64,000 bases of DNA from Auanema rhodensis (lineage: Eukaryota > Animalia > Nematoda). Location: assembly GCA_964057225.1 (NCBI GenBank), contig OZ059900.1:2294001-2358000 (forward strand), read 5' to 3'. The notes below the pieces were generated by a model. It ran no database searches. It saw nothing but the letters and a program-made list of their open reading frames with translations, and was not told where the DNA came from. Below are positions 27,638-43,264 of this stretch, piece by piece; the stretch's first letter is position 1; the number at the start of each line of letters is the position of its first letter. Both the position numbers and the translations under genes were made by a program.

Positions 27638-30600
27638 GCATTACTACACTAAGTATGGTCGTTTTTATGCCTTTAACACCATATACTCACCGATTTTTGG
27701 TACAAAATCTGTAATACTTGTAAATTTTGATCATATTTGTTAAGATTCGAGAATCGAACATACAATACACAAAATCAGTCTATTTTTATGAGCTTGCACT
27801 GATATATATTCATTTTGATCAAAAAAGGTCGAAAATAGAAAGAATTTTTGAAATTTCCGAGTTTTGAGTCTAATTTGGCTAAATCGCTCATATATATGAT
27901 CAGAAGCATAGTTTTATTGTCTATGACAACAAAAATCATCAATTAAACGCTAGTGATGTTTAAATACTGATTTTCGCTCAAATAGCATTACTACACTAAG
28001 TATGGTCGTTTTTATGCCTTTAACACCATATACTCACCGATTTTTGGTACAAAATCTGTAATACTCGTAAAATTTGATCATATTTGTTAAGATTTGAGAA
28101 TCAAACACACAATACACAAAATCAGTCTATTTTTATGAGTTTACACTGATATATATTCATTTTCATCAAAAAAGGTCGAAAATAGAAAGAGTTTTTGAAA
28201 TTTCCGAGTTTTGAGTCCAATTTGGCTAAATCGCTCATATATATGATCAAAAGCATAGTTTTATTGTCTATAACAACAAAAGTCATCAATTAAACGCTAG
28301 TGATGTTTAAATACTGAATTTCGCTCAAATAGCATTACTACACTAAGTATGGTCGTTTTTATGCCTTTAACACCATATACTCACCGATTTTTGGTACAAA
28401 ATCTGTAATACTCGTAAATTTTGATCATATTCGTTAAGATTTGAGAATCAAACATACAATACACAAAATCAGTCTATTTTTATGAGCTTGCACTGATATA
28501 TATTCATTTTGATCAAAAAAGGTCGAAAATAGAAAGAATTTTTGAAATTTCCGAGTTTTGAGTCTAATTTGGCTAAATCGCTCATATATATGATCAAAAG
28601 CATAGTTTTATTGTCTATGACAACAAAAGTCATCAATTAAACGCTAGTGATGTTTAAATACTGAATTTCACTCAAATAGCTTTACTACACTAAGTATGGT
28701 CGTTTTTATGCCTTTAACACCATATACTCACCGATTTTTGGTACAAAATCTGTAATACTCGTAAATTTTGATCATATCCGTTAAGATTCGAGAATCAAAC
28801 ACACAATACACGAAATAAGTTTATTTTTACGAGTTTGCACTGATATTTATTCATTTTGATCAAAAAAGGTCGAAAATAGAAAGAATTTTTGAAATTTCCG
28901 AGTTTTGAGTCTAATTTGGCTAAATCGCTCATATATATGATCAGAAGCATAGGTGTATTGTCTATGACAACAAAAGTCATTAATTAAACACTAATGATGT
29001 TTAAATACTGATTTTCGCTCAAATAGCATTACTACACTAAGTATGGTCGTTTTTATGCCTTTAACACCATATACTCACCGATTTTTGGTACAAAATCTGT
29101 AATACTCGTAAAATTTGATCATATTTGTTAAGATTTGAGAATCAAACACACAATACACAAAATCAGTCTATTTTTATGAGTTTACACTGATATATATTCA
29201 TTTTCATCAAAAAAGGTCGAAAATAGAAAGAGTTTTTGAAATTTCCGAGTTTTGAGTCCAATTTGGCTAAATCGCTCATATATATGATCAAAAGCATAGT
29301 TTTATTGTCTATAACAACAAAAGTCATCAATTAAACGCTAGTGATGTTTAAATACTGAATTTCGCTCAAATAGCATTACTACACTAAGTATGGTCGTTTT
29401 TATGCCTTTAACACCATATACTCACCGATTTTTGGTACAAAATCTGTAATACTCGTAAATTTTGATCATATTCGTTAAGATTTGAGAATCAAACATACAA
29501 TACACAAAATCAGTCTATTTTTATGAGCTTGCACTGATATATATTCATTTTGATCAAAAAAGGTCGAAAATAGAAAGAATTTTTGAAATTTCCGAGTTTT
29601 GAGTCTAATTTGGCTAAATCGCTCATATATATGATCAAAAGCATAGTTTTATTGTCTATGACAACAAAAGTCATCAATTAAACGCTAGTGATGTTTAAAT
29701 ACTGAATTTCACTCAAATAGCTTTACTACACTAAGTATGGTCGTTTTTATGCCTTTAACACCATATACTCACCGATTTTTGGTACAAAATCTGTAATACT
29801 CGTAAATTTTGATCATATCCGTTAAGATTCGAGAATCAAACACACAATACACGAAATAAGTTTATTTTTACGAGTTTGCACTGATATTTATTCATTTTGA
29901 TCAAAAAAGGTCGAAAATAGAAAGAATTTTTGAATTTTCCGAGTTTTGAGTCCAATTGGGCTAAATCGCTCATATATATGATCAAAAGCATAGTTTCACT
30001 GTCTATGATAACAAAAGTCTTCAAATATACACTACTAATGATTAAATCACTGAATTTCACTCAAATAGCATTACTACACTAAGTATGGTCGTTTTTATGC
30101 CTTTAACACCATATACTCACCGATTTTTGGTACAAAATCTGTAATACTTGTAAATTTTGATCATATTCGTTAAGATTTGAGAATCAAACACATAATACAC
30201 GAAATAAGTCTTTTTTTACAAGTTTGCACTGATATTTATTCATTTTGATCAAAAAAGGTCGAAAATAGAAAGAATTTTTGAAATTTCCGAGTTTTGAGTC
30301 CAATTTGGCTAAATCGCTCATATATATGATCAAAAGCATAGTTCCATTGTCTATAACAACAAAAGTCTTTAATTAAACGCTAGTGATGTTTTAATACTGA
30401 ATTTTGCTCAAATAGCATTACTACACTAAGTATGGTCGTTTTTATGCCTTTAACACCATATACTCACCGATTTTTGGTACAAAATCTGTAATACTTGTAA
30501 ATTTTGATCATATTCGTTAAGATTCGAAAATCAAACACACAATACACGAAATAAGTTTATTTTTACAAGTTTGCACTGATATTTATTCATTTTGATCAAA

Positions 30601-33538
30601 AAAGGTCGAAAATAGAAAGAATTTTTGAAATTTCCGAGTTTTGAGTCTAATTTGGCTAAATCGCTCATATATATGATCAGAAGCATAGGTGTATTGTCTA
30701 TGACAACAAAAGTCATTAATTAAACACTAATGATGTTTAAATCTCTAAATTTCGCTCTAATAGCATTACTACACTAAGTATGGTCGTTTTTATACCTTCA
30801 ACACCATATACTCACCGATTTTTGGTACAAAATCTGTGATACTCGTAAATTTTGATCATATTCGTTAAGATTTGAGAATCAAACACACAATACACAATAT
30901 CAGTCTATTTTTATGAGCTTGCACTGATATATATTCATTTTGATCAAAAAAGGTCGAAAACAGAAAGAATTTTTGAAATTTCCGAGTTTTGAGTCTAATT
31001 TGGCTAAATCGCTCATTTATATGATCAAAAGCATAGTTTTATTGTCTATGACAACAAAAGTCATCAATTAAACGCTAGTGATGTTTAAATACTGATTTTC
31101 GCTCAAATAGCATTACTACACTAAGTATGGTCGTTTTTATGCCTTTAACACCATATACTCACCGATTTTTGGTACAAAATCTGTAATACTTGTAAATTTT
31201 GATCATATTCGTTAAGATTCGAGAATCAAACACATAATACACGAAATAAGTCTAGTTTTACAAGTTTGCACTGATATTTATTCATTTTGATCAAAAAAGG
31301 TCGAAAATAGAAAGAATTTTTGAAATTTCCGAGTTTTGAGTCCAATTTGGCTAAATCGCTCATATATAAGATCAAAAGCATAGTTTTATTGTTTATAACA
31401 ACAAAAGTCATCAATTAAACGCTAGTGATATTTAAATACTGATTTTCGCTCAAGTAGCTTTACTACACTAAGTATGGTCGTTTTTATGCCTTTAACACCA
31501 TATACTCACCGATTTTTGGTACAAAATCTGTAATACTTGTAAATTTTGATCATATTTGTTAAGATTCGAGAATCGAACATACAATACACAAAATCAGTCT
31601 ATTTTTATGAGCTTGCACTGATATATATTCATTTTGATCAAAAAAGGTCGAAAATAGAAAGAATTTTTGAAATTTCCGAGTTTTGAGTCTAATTTGGCTA
31701 AATCGCTCATATATATGATCAGAAGCATAGTTTTATTGTCTATGACAACAAAAATCATCAATTAAACGCTAGTGATGTTTAAATACTGATTTTCGCTCAA
31801 ATAGCATTACTACACTAAGTATGGTCGTTTTTATGCCTTTAACACCATATACTCACCGATTTTTGGTACAAAATCTGTAATACTCGTAAAATTTGATCAT
31901 ATTTGTTAAGATTTGAGAATCAAACACACAATACACAAAATCAGTCTATTTTTATGAGTTTACACTGATATATATTCATTTTCATCAAAAAAGGTCGAAA
32001 ATAGAAAGAGTTTTTGAAATTTCCGAGTTTTGAGTCCAATTTGGCTAAATCGCTCATATATATGATCAAAAGCATAGTTTTATTGTCTATAACAACAAAA
32101 GTCATCAATTAAACGCTAGTGATGTTTAAATACTGAATTTCGCTCAAATAGCATTACTACACTAAGTATGGTCGTTTTTATGCCTTTAACACCATATACT
32201 CACCGATTTTTGGTACAAAATCTGTAATACTCGTAAATTTTGATCATATTCGTTAAGATTTGAGAATCAAACATACAATACACAAAATCAGTCTATTTTT
32301 ATGAGCTTGCACTGATATATATTCATTTTGATCAAAAAAGGTCGAAAATAGAAAGAATTTTTGAAATTTCCGAGTTTTGAGTCTAATTTGGCTAAATCGC
32401 TCATATATATGATCAAAAGCATAGTTTTATTGTCTATGACAACAAAAGTCATCAATTAAACGCTAGTGATGTTTAAATACTGAATTTCGCTCAAATAGCA
32501 TTACTACACTGAGTATGGTCGTTTTTATGCCTTTAACACCATATACTCACCGATTTTTGGTACAAAATCTGTAATACTCGTAAATTTTGATCATATTCGG
32601 TGAGATTCGAGAATCAAACACACAATACACGAAATAAGTTTATTTTGACGAGTTTGCACTGGTATTTATTCATTTTGATCAAAAAAGGTCGAAAATAGAA
32701 AGAATTTTTGAATTTTCCGAGTTTTGAGTCCAATTTGGCTAAATCGCTCATATATATGATCAAAAGCATAGTTTTATTGTCTATAACAACAAAAGTCATC
32801 AATTAAACGCTAGTGATGTTTAAATACTGAATTTCGCTCAAATAGCATTACTACACTAAGTATGGTCGTTTTTATGCCTTTAACACCATATACTCACCGA
32901 TTTTTGGTACAAAATCTGTAATACTCGTAAATTTTGATCATATTCGTTAAGATTCGAGAATCAAACATACAATACACAAAATCAGTCTATTTTTATGAGC
33001 TTGCACTGATATATATTCATTTTGATCAAAAAAGGTCGAAAGTAGAAAGAATTTTTGAAATTTCCGAGTTTTGAGTCTAATTTGGCTAAATCGCTCATAT
33101 ATATGATCAAAAGCATAGTTTTATTGTCTATGACAACAAAAGTCATCAATTAAACGCTAGTGATGTTTAAATACTGAATTTCGCTCAAATAGCATTACTA
33201 CACTGAGTATGGTCGTTTTTATGCCTTTAACACCATATACTCACCGATTTTTGGTACAAAATCTGTAATACTCGTAAATTTTGATCATATTCGGTGAGAT
33301 TCGAGAATCAAACACACAATACACGAAATAAGTTTATTTTGACGAGTTTGCACTGGTATTTATTCATTTTGATCAAAAAAGGTCGAAAATAGAAAGAATT
33401 TTTGAATTTTCCGAGTTTTGAGTCTAATTTGGCTAAATCGCTCATATATATGATCAAAAGCATAGTTTTATTGTCTATGACAACAAAAGTCATCAATTAA
33501 ACGCTAGTGATGTTTAAATACTGAATTTCGCTCAAATA

Positions 33539-36500
33539 GCATTACTACACTAAGTATGGTCGTTTTTATGCCTTTAACACCATATACTCACCGATTTTTG
33601 GTACAAAATCTGTAATACTCGTAAATTTTGATCATATTCGGTGAGATTCGAGAATCAAACACACAATACACGAAATAAGTTTATTTTGACGAGTTTGCAC
33701 TGGTATTTATTCATTTTGATCAAAAAAGGTCGAAAATAGAAAGAATTTTTGAATTTTCCGAGTTTTGAGTCCAATTGGGCTAAATCGCTCATATATATGA
33801 TCAAAAGCATAGTTTTACTGTCTATGATAACAAAAGTCTTCAAATATACACTAGTAATGATTAAATCACTGAATTTCACTCAAATAGCTTTACTACACTA
33901 AGTATGGTCGTTTTTATGCCTTTAACACCATATACTCACCGATTTTTGGTACAAAATCTGTAATACTCGTAAATTTTGATCATATCCGTTAAGATTCGAG
34001 AATCAAACACACAATACACGAAATAAGTTTATTTTTACGAGTTTGCACTGATATTTATTCATTTTGATCAAAAAAGGTCGAAAATAGAAAGAATTTTTGA
34101 ATTTTCCGAGTTTTGAGTCCAATTGGGCTAAATCGCTCATATATATGATCAAAAGCATAGTTTCACTGTCTATGATAACAAAAGTCTTCAAATATACACT
34201 ACTAATGATTAAATCACTGAATTTCACTCAAATAGCATTACTACACTAAGTATGGTCGTTTTTATGCCTTTAACACCATATACTCACCGATTTTTGGTAC
34301 AAAATCTGTAATACTTGTAAATTTTGATCATATTCGTTAAGATTTGAGAATCAAACACATAATACACTAAATAAGTCTTTTTTTACAAGTTTGCACTGAT
34401 ATTTATTCATTTTGATCAAAAAAGGTCGAAAATAGAAAGAATTTTTGAAATTTCCGAGTTTTGAGTCCAATTTGGCTAAATCGCTCATATATATGATCAA
34501 AAGCATAGTTCCATTGTCTATAACAACAAAAGTCTTTAATTAAACGCTAGTGATGTTTTAATACTGAATTTTGCTCAAATAGCATTACTACACTAAGTAT
34601 GGTCGTTTTTATGCCTTTAACACCATATACTCACCGATTTTTGGTACAAAATCTGTAATACTTGTAAATTTTGATCATATTCGTTAAGATTTGAAAATCA
34701 AACACACAATACACGAAATAAGTTTATTTTTACAAGTTTGCACTGATATTTATTCATTTTGATCAAAAAAGGTCGAAAATAGAAAGAATTTTTGAAATTT
34801 CCGAGTTTTGAGTCTAATTTGGCTAAATCGCTCATATATATGATCAAAAGCATAGTTTTATTGTCTATGACAACAAAAGTCATCAATTAAACGCTAGTGA
34901 TGTTTAAATACTGAATTTCGCTCAAATAGCATTACTACACTGAGTATGGTCGTTTTTATGCCTTTAACACCATATACTCACCGATTTTTGGTACAAAATC
35001 TGTAATACTCGTAAATTTTGATCATATTCGGTGAGATTCGAGAATCAAACACACAATACACGAAATAAGTTTATTTTGACGAGTTTGCACTGGTATTTAT
35101 TCATTTTGATCAAAAAAGGTCGAAAATAGAAAGAATTTTTGAATTTTCCGAGTTTTGAGTCCAATTTGGCTAAATCGCTCATATATATGATCAAAAGCAT
35201 AGTTTTATTGTCTATAACAACAAAAGTCATCAATTAAACGCTAGTGATGTTTAAATACTGAATTTCGCTCAAATAGCATTACTACACTAAGTATGGTCGT
35301 TTTTATGCCTTTAACACCATATACTCACCGATTTTTGGTACAAAATCTGTAATACTCGTAAATTTTGATCATATTCGGTGAGATTCGAGAATCAAACACA
35401 CAATACACGAAATAAGTTTATTTTGACGAGTTTGCACTGGTATTTATTCATTTTGATCAAAAAAGGTCGAAAATAGAAAGAATTTTTGAATTTTCCGAGT
35501 TTTGAGTCCAATTGGGCTAAATCGCTCATATATATGATCAAAAGCATAGTTTTACTGTCTATGATAACAAAAGTCTTCAAATATACACTAGTAATGATTA
35601 AATCACTGAATTTCACTCAAATAGCTTTACTACACTAAGTATGGTCGTTTTTATGCCTTTAACACCATATACTCACCGATTTTTGGTACAAAATCTGTAA
35701 TACTCGTAAATTTTGATCATATCCGTTAAGATTCGAGAATCAAACACACAATACACGAAATAAGTTTATTTTTACGAGTTTGCACTGATATTTATTCATT
35801 TTGATCAAAAAAGGTCGAAAATAGAAAGAATTTTTGAATTTTCCGAGTTTTGAGTCCAATTGGGCTAAATCGCTCATATATATGATCAAAAGCATAGTTT
35901 CACTGTCTATGATAACAAAAGTCTTCAAATATACACTACTAATGATTAAATCACTGAATTTCACTCAAATAGCATTACTACACTAAGTATGGTCGTTTTT
36001 ATGCCTTTAACACCATATACTCACCGATTTTTGGTACAAAATCTGTAATACTTGTAAATTTTGATCATATTCGTTAAGATTTGAGAATCAAACACATAAT
36101 ACACGAAATAAGTCTTTTTTTACAAGTTTGCACTGATATTTATTCATTTTGATCAAAAAAGGTCGAAAATAGAAAGAATTTTTGAAATTTCCGAGTTTTG
36201 AGTCCAATTTGGCTAAATCGCTCATATATATGATCAAAAGCATAGTTCCATTGTCTATAACAACAAAAGTCTTTAATTAAACGCTAGTGATGTTTTAATA
36301 CTGAATTTTGCTCAAATAGCATTACTACACTAAGTATGGTCGTTTTTATGCCTTTAACACCATATACTCACCGATTTTTGGTACAAAATCTGTAATACTT
36401 GTAAATTTTGATCATATTCGTTAAGATTTGAAAATCAAACACACAATACACGAAATAAGTTTATTTTTACAAGTTTGCACTGATATTTATTCATTTTGAT

Positions 36501-39500
36501 CAAAAAAGGTCGAAAATAGAAAGAATTTTTGAAATTTCCGAGTTTTGAGTCTAATTTGGCTAAATCGCTCATATATATGATCAGAAGCATAGGTGTATTG
36601 TCTATGACAACAAAAGTCATTAATTAAACACTAATGATGTTTAAATCTCTAAATTTCGCTCTAATAGCATTACTACACTAAGTATGGTCGTTTTTATACC
36701 TTCAACACCATATACTCACCGATTTTTGGTACAAAATCTGTGATACTCGTAAATTTTGATCATATTCGTTAAGATTTGAGAATCAAACACACAATACACA
36801 ATATCAGTCTATTTTTATGAGCTTGCACTGATATATATTCATTTTGATCAAAAAAGGTCGAAAACAGAAAGAATTTTTGAAATTTCCGAGTTTTGAGTCT
36901 AATTTGGCTAAATCGCTCATTTATATGATCAAAAGCATAGTTTTATTGTCTATGACAACAAAAGTCATCAATTAAACGCTAGTGATGTTTAAATACTGAT
37001 TTTCGCTCAAATAGCATTACTACACTAAGTATGGTCGTTTTTATGCCTTTAACACCATATACTCACCGATTTTTGGTACAAAATCTGTAATACTTGTAAA
37101 TTTTGATCATATTCGTTAAGATTCGAGAATCAAACACATAATACACGAAATAAGTCTAGTTTTACAAGTTTGCACTGATATTTATTCATTTTGATCAAAA
37201 AAGGTCGAAAATAGAAAGAATTTTTGAAATTTCCGAGTTTTGAGTCCAATTTGGCTAAATCGCTCATATATAAGATCAAAAGCATAGTTTTATTGTCTAT
37301 AACAACAAAAGTCATCAATTAAACGCTAGTGATATTTAAATACTGATTTTCGCTCAAGTAGCATTACTACACTAAGTATGGTCGTTTTTATGCCTTTAAC
37401 ACCATATACTCACCGATTTTTGGTACAAAATCTGTAATACTTGTAAATTTTGATCATATTTGTTAAGATTCGAGAATCGAACATACAATACACAAAATCA
37501 GTCTATTTTTATGAGCTTGCACTGATATATATTCATTTTGATCAAAAAAGGTCGAAAATAGAAAGAATTTTTGAAATTTCCGAGTTTTGAGTCTAATTTG
37601 GCTAAATCGCTCATATATATGATCAGAAGCATAGTTTTATTGTCTATGACAACAAAAATCATCAATTAAACGCTAGTGATGTTTAAATACTGATTTTCGC
37701 TCAAATAGCATTACTACACTAAGTATGGTCGTTTTTATGCCTTTAACACCATATACTCACCGATTTTTGGTACAAAATCTGTAATACTCGTAAAATTTGA
37801 TCATATTTGTTAAGATTTGAGAATCAAACACACAATACACAAAATCAGTCTATTTTTATGAGTTTACACTGATATATATTCATTTTCATCAAAAAAGGTC
37901 GAAAATAGAAAGAGTTTTTGAAATTTCCGAGTTTTGAGTCCAATTTGGCTAAATCGCTCATATATATGATCAAAAGCATAGTTTTATTGTCTATAACAGC
38001 AAAAGTCATCAATTAAACGCTAGTGATGTTTAAATACTGAATTTCGCTCAAATAGCATTACTACACTAAGTATGGTCGTTTTTATGCCTTTAACACCATA
38101 TACTCACCGATTTTTGGTACAAAATCTGTAATACTCGTAAATTTTGATCATATTCGTTAAGGTTTGAGAATCAAACATACAATACACAAAATCAGTCTAT
38201 TTTTATGAGCTTGCACTGATATATATTCATTTTGATCAAAAAAGGTCGAAAATAGAAAGAATTTTTGAAATTTCCGAGTTTTGAGTCTAATTTGGCTAAA
38301 TCGCTCATATATATGATCAAAAGCATAGTTTTATTGTCTATGACAACAAAAGTCATCAATTAAACGCTAGTGATGTTTAAATACTGAATTTCGCTCAAAT
38401 AGCATTACTACACTAAGTATGGTCGTTTTTATGCCTTTAACACCATATACTCACCGATTTTTGGTACAAAATCTGTAATACTCGTAAATTTTGATCATAT
38501 TCGGTGAGATTCGAGAATCAAACACACAATACACGAAATAAGTTTATTTTGACGAGTTTGCACTGGTATTTATTCATTTTGATCAAAAAAGGTCGAAAAT
38601 AGAAAGAATTTTTGAATTTTCCGAGTTTTGAGTCCAATTGGGCTAAATCGCTCATATATATGATCAAAAGCATAGTTTTACTGTCTATGATAACAAAAGT
38701 CTTCAAATATACACTAGTAATGATTAAATCACTGAATTTCACTCAAATAGCTTTACTACACTAAGTATGGTCGTTTTTATGCCTTTAACACCATATACTC
38801 ACCGATTTTTGGTACAAAATCTGTAATACTCGTAAATTTTGATCATATCCGTTAAGATTCGAGAATCAAACACACAATACACGAAATAAGTTTATTTTTA
38901 CGAGTTTGCACTGATATTTATTCATTTTGATCAAAAAAGGTCGAAAATAGAAAGAATTTTTGAATTTTCCGAGTTTTGAGTCCAATTGGGCTAAATCGCT
39001 CATATATATGATCAAAAGCATAGTTTCACTGTCTATGATAACAAAAGTCTTCAAATATACACTACTAATGATTAAATCACTGAATTTCACTCAAATAGCA
39101 TTACTACACTAAGTATGGTCGTTTTTATGCCTTTAACACCATATACTCACCGATTTTTGGTACAAAATCTGTAATACTTGTAAATTTTGATCATATTCGT
39201 TAAGATTTGAGAATCAAACACATAATACACTAAATAAGTCTTTTTTTACAAGTTTGCACTGATATTTATTCATTTTGATCAAAAAAGGTCGAAAATAGAA
39301 AGAATTTTTGAAATTTCCGAGTTTTGAGTCCAATTTGGCTAAATCGCTCATATATATGATCAAAAGCATAGTTCCATTGTCTATAACAACAAAAGTCTTT
39401 AATTAAACGCTAGTGATGTTTTAATACTGAATTTTGCTCAAATAGCATTACTACACTAAGTATGGTCGTTTTTATGCCTTTAACACCATATACTCACCGA

Positions 39501-42500
39501 TTTTTGGTACAAAATCTGTAATACTTGTAAATTTTGATCATATTCGTTAAGATTTGAAAATCAAACACACAATACACGAAATAAGTTTATTTTTACAAGT
39601 TTGCACTGATATTTATTCATTTTGATCAAAAAAGGTCGAAAATAGAAAGAATTTTTGAAATTTCCGAGTTTTGAGTCTAATTTGGCTAAATCGCTCATAT
39701 ATATGATCAAAAGCATAGTTTTATTGTCTATGACAACAAAAGTCATCAATTAAACGCTAGTGATGTTTAAATACTGAATTTCGCTCAAATAGCATTACTA
39801 CACTGAGTATGGTCGTTTTTATGCCTTTAACACCATATACTCACCGATTTTTGGTACAAAATCTGTAATACTCGTAAATTTTGATCATATTCGGTGAGAT
39901 TCGAGAATCAAACACACAATACACGAAATAAGTTTATTTTGACGAGTTTGCACTGGTATTTATTCATTTTGATCAAAAAAGGTCGAAAATAGAAAGAATT
40001 TTTGAATTTTCCGAGTTTTGAGTCCAATTTGGCTAAATCGCTCATATATATGATCAAAAGCATAGTTTTATTGTCTATAACAACAAAAGTCATCAATTAA
40101 ACGCTAGTGATGTTTAAATACTGAATTTCGCTCAAATAGCATTACTACACTAAGTATGGTCGTTTTTATGCCTTTAACACCATATACTCACCGATTTTTG
40201 GTACAAAATCTGTAATACTCGTAAATTTTGATCATATTCGGTGAGATTCGAGAATCAAACACACAATACACGAAATAAGTTTATTTTGACGAGTTTGCAC
40301 TGGTATTTATTCATTTTGATCAAAAAAGGTCGAAAATAGAAAGAATTTTTGAATTTTCCGAGTTTTGAGTCCAATTGGGCTAAATCGCTCATATATATGA
40401 TCAAAAGCATAGTTTTACTGTCTATGATAACAAAAGTCTTCAAATATACACTAGTAATGATTAAATCACTGAATTTCACTCAAATAGCTTTACTACACTA
40501 AGTATGGTCGTTTTTATGCCTTTAACACCATATACTCACCGATTTTTGGTACAAAATCTGTAATACTCGTAAATTTTGATCATATCCGTTAAGATTCGAG
40601 AATCAAACACACAATACACGAAATAAGTTTATTTTTACGAGTTTGCACTGATATTTATTCATTTTGATCAAAAAAGGTCGAAAATAGAAAGAATTTTTGA
40701 ATTTTCCGAGTTTTGAGTCCAATTGGGCTAAATCGCTCATATATATGATCAAAAGCATAGTTTCACTGTCTATGATAACAAAAGTCTTCAAATATACACT
40801 ACTAATGATTAAATCACTGAATTTCACTCAAATAGCATTACTACACTAAGTATGGTCGTTTTTATGCCTTTAACACCATATACTCACCGATTTTTGGTAC
40901 AAAATCTGTAATACTTGTAAATTTTGATCATATTCGTTAAGATTTGAGAATCAAACACATAATACACGAAATAAGTCTTTTTTTACAAGTTTGCACTGAT
41001 ATTTATTCATTTTGATCAAAAAAGGTCGAAAATAGAAAGAATTTTTGAAATTTCCGAGTTTTGAGTCCAATTTGGCTAAATCGCTCATATATATGATCAA
41101 AAGCATAGTTCCATTGTCTATAACAACAAAAGTCTTTAATTAAACGCTAGTGATGTTTTAATACTGAATTTTGCTCAAATAGCATTACTACACTAAGTAT
41201 GGTCGTTTTTATGCCTTTAACACCATATACTCACCGATTTTTGGTACAAAATCTGTAATACTTGTAAATTTTGATCATATTCGTTAAGATTTGAAAATCA
41301 AACACACAATACACGAAATAAGTTTATTTTTACAAGTTTGCACTGATATTTATTCATTTTGATCAAAAAAGGTCGAAAATAGAAAGAATTTTTGAAATTT
41401 CCGAGTTTTGAGTCTAATTTGGCTAAATCGCTCATATATATGATCAGAAGCATAGGTGTATTGTCTATGACAACAAAAGTCATTAATTAAACACTAATGA
41501 TGTTTAAATCTCTAAATTTCGCTCTAATAGCATTACTACACTAAGTATGGTCGTTTTTATACCTTCAACACCATATACTCACCGATTTTTGGTACAAAAT
41601 CTGTGATACTCGTAAATTTTGATCATATTCGTTAAGATTTGAGAATCAAACACACAATACACAATATCAGTCTATTTTTATGAGCTTGCACTGATATATA
41701 TTCATTTTGATCAAAAAAGGTCGAAAACAGAAAGAATTTTTGAAATTTCCGAGTTTTGAGTCTAATTTGGCTAAATCGCTCATTTATATGATCAAAAGCA
41801 TAGTTTTATTGTCTATGACAACAAAAGTCATCAATTAAACGCTAGTGATGTTTAAATACTGATTTTCGCTCAAATAGCATTACTACACTAAGTATGGTCG
41901 TTTTTATGCCTTTAACACCATATACTCACCGATTTTTGGTACAAAATCTGTAATACTTGTAAATTTTGATCATATTCGTTAAGATTCGAGAATCAAACAC
42001 ATAATACACGAAATAAGTCTAGTTTTACAAGTTTGCACTGATATTTATTCATTTTGATCAAAAAAGGTCGAAAATAGAAAGAATTTTTGAAATTTCCGAG
42101 TTTTGAGTCCAATTTGGCTAAATCGCTCATATATAAGATCAAAAGCATAGTTTTATTGTCTATAACAACAAAAGTCATCAATTAAACGCTAGTGATATTT
42201 AAATACTGATTTTCGCTCAAGTAGCATTACTACACTAAGTATGGTCGTTTTTATGCCTTTAACACCATATACTCACCGATTTTTGGTACAAAATCTGTAA
42301 TACTTGTAAATTTTGATCATATTTGTTAAGATTCGAGAATCGAACATACAATACACAAAATCAGTCTATTTTTATGAGCTTGCACTGATATATATTCATT
42401 TTGATCAAAAAAGGTCGAAAATAGAAAGAATTTTTGAAATTTCCGAGTTTTGAGTCTAATTTGGCTAAATCGCTCATATATATGATCAGAAGCATAGTTT

Positions 42501-43264
42501 TATTGTCTATGACAACAAAAATCATCAATTAAACGCTAGTGATGTTTAAATACTGATTTTCGCTCAAATAGCATTACTACACTAAGTATGGTCGTTTTTA
42601 TGCCTTTAACACCATATACTCACCGATTTTTGGTACAAAATCTGTAATACTCGTAAAATTTGATCATATTTGTTAAGATTTGAGAATCAAACACACAATA
42701 CACAAAATCAGTCTATTTTTATGAGTTTACACTGATATATATTCATTTTCATCAAAAAAGGTCGAAAATAGAAAGAGTTTTTGAAATTTCCGAGTTTTGA
42801 GTCCAATTTGGCTAAATCGCTCATATATATGATCAAAAGCATAGTTTTATTGTCTATAACAGCAAAAGTCATCAATTAAACGCTAGTGATGTTTAAATAC
42901 TGAATTTCGCTCAAATAGCATTACTACACTAAGTATGGTCGTTTTTATGCCTTTAACACCATATACTCACCGATTTTTGGTACAAAATCTGTAATACTCG
43001 TAAATTTTGATCATATTCGTTAAGGTTTGAGAATCAAACATACAATACACAAAATCAGTCTATTTTTATGAGCTTGCACTGATATATATTCATTTTGATC
43101 AAAAAAGGTCGAAAATAGAAAGAATTTTTGAAATTTCCGAGTTTTGAGTCTAATTTGGCTAAATCGCTCATATATATGATCAAAAGCATAGTTTTATTGT
43201 CTATGACAACAAAAGTCATCAATTAAACGCTAGTGATGTTTAAATACTGAATTTCGCTCAAATA
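33539..43264. repeat. Tandem duplication of a 4863-bp 14-monomer block, itself containing a 1737-bp 5-mer duplication
   Basis: Offset 4863: 33655/38518, 34003/38866, 34698/39561, 36435/41298, 37130/41993. Shared private SNPs: ACACTAAATAAG (~34364/39227), AACAGCAAAA (~37995/42858), TAAGGTTTG (38161/43024). Internal offset 1737: 33655/35392, 34003/35740. Confidence 0.92.
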
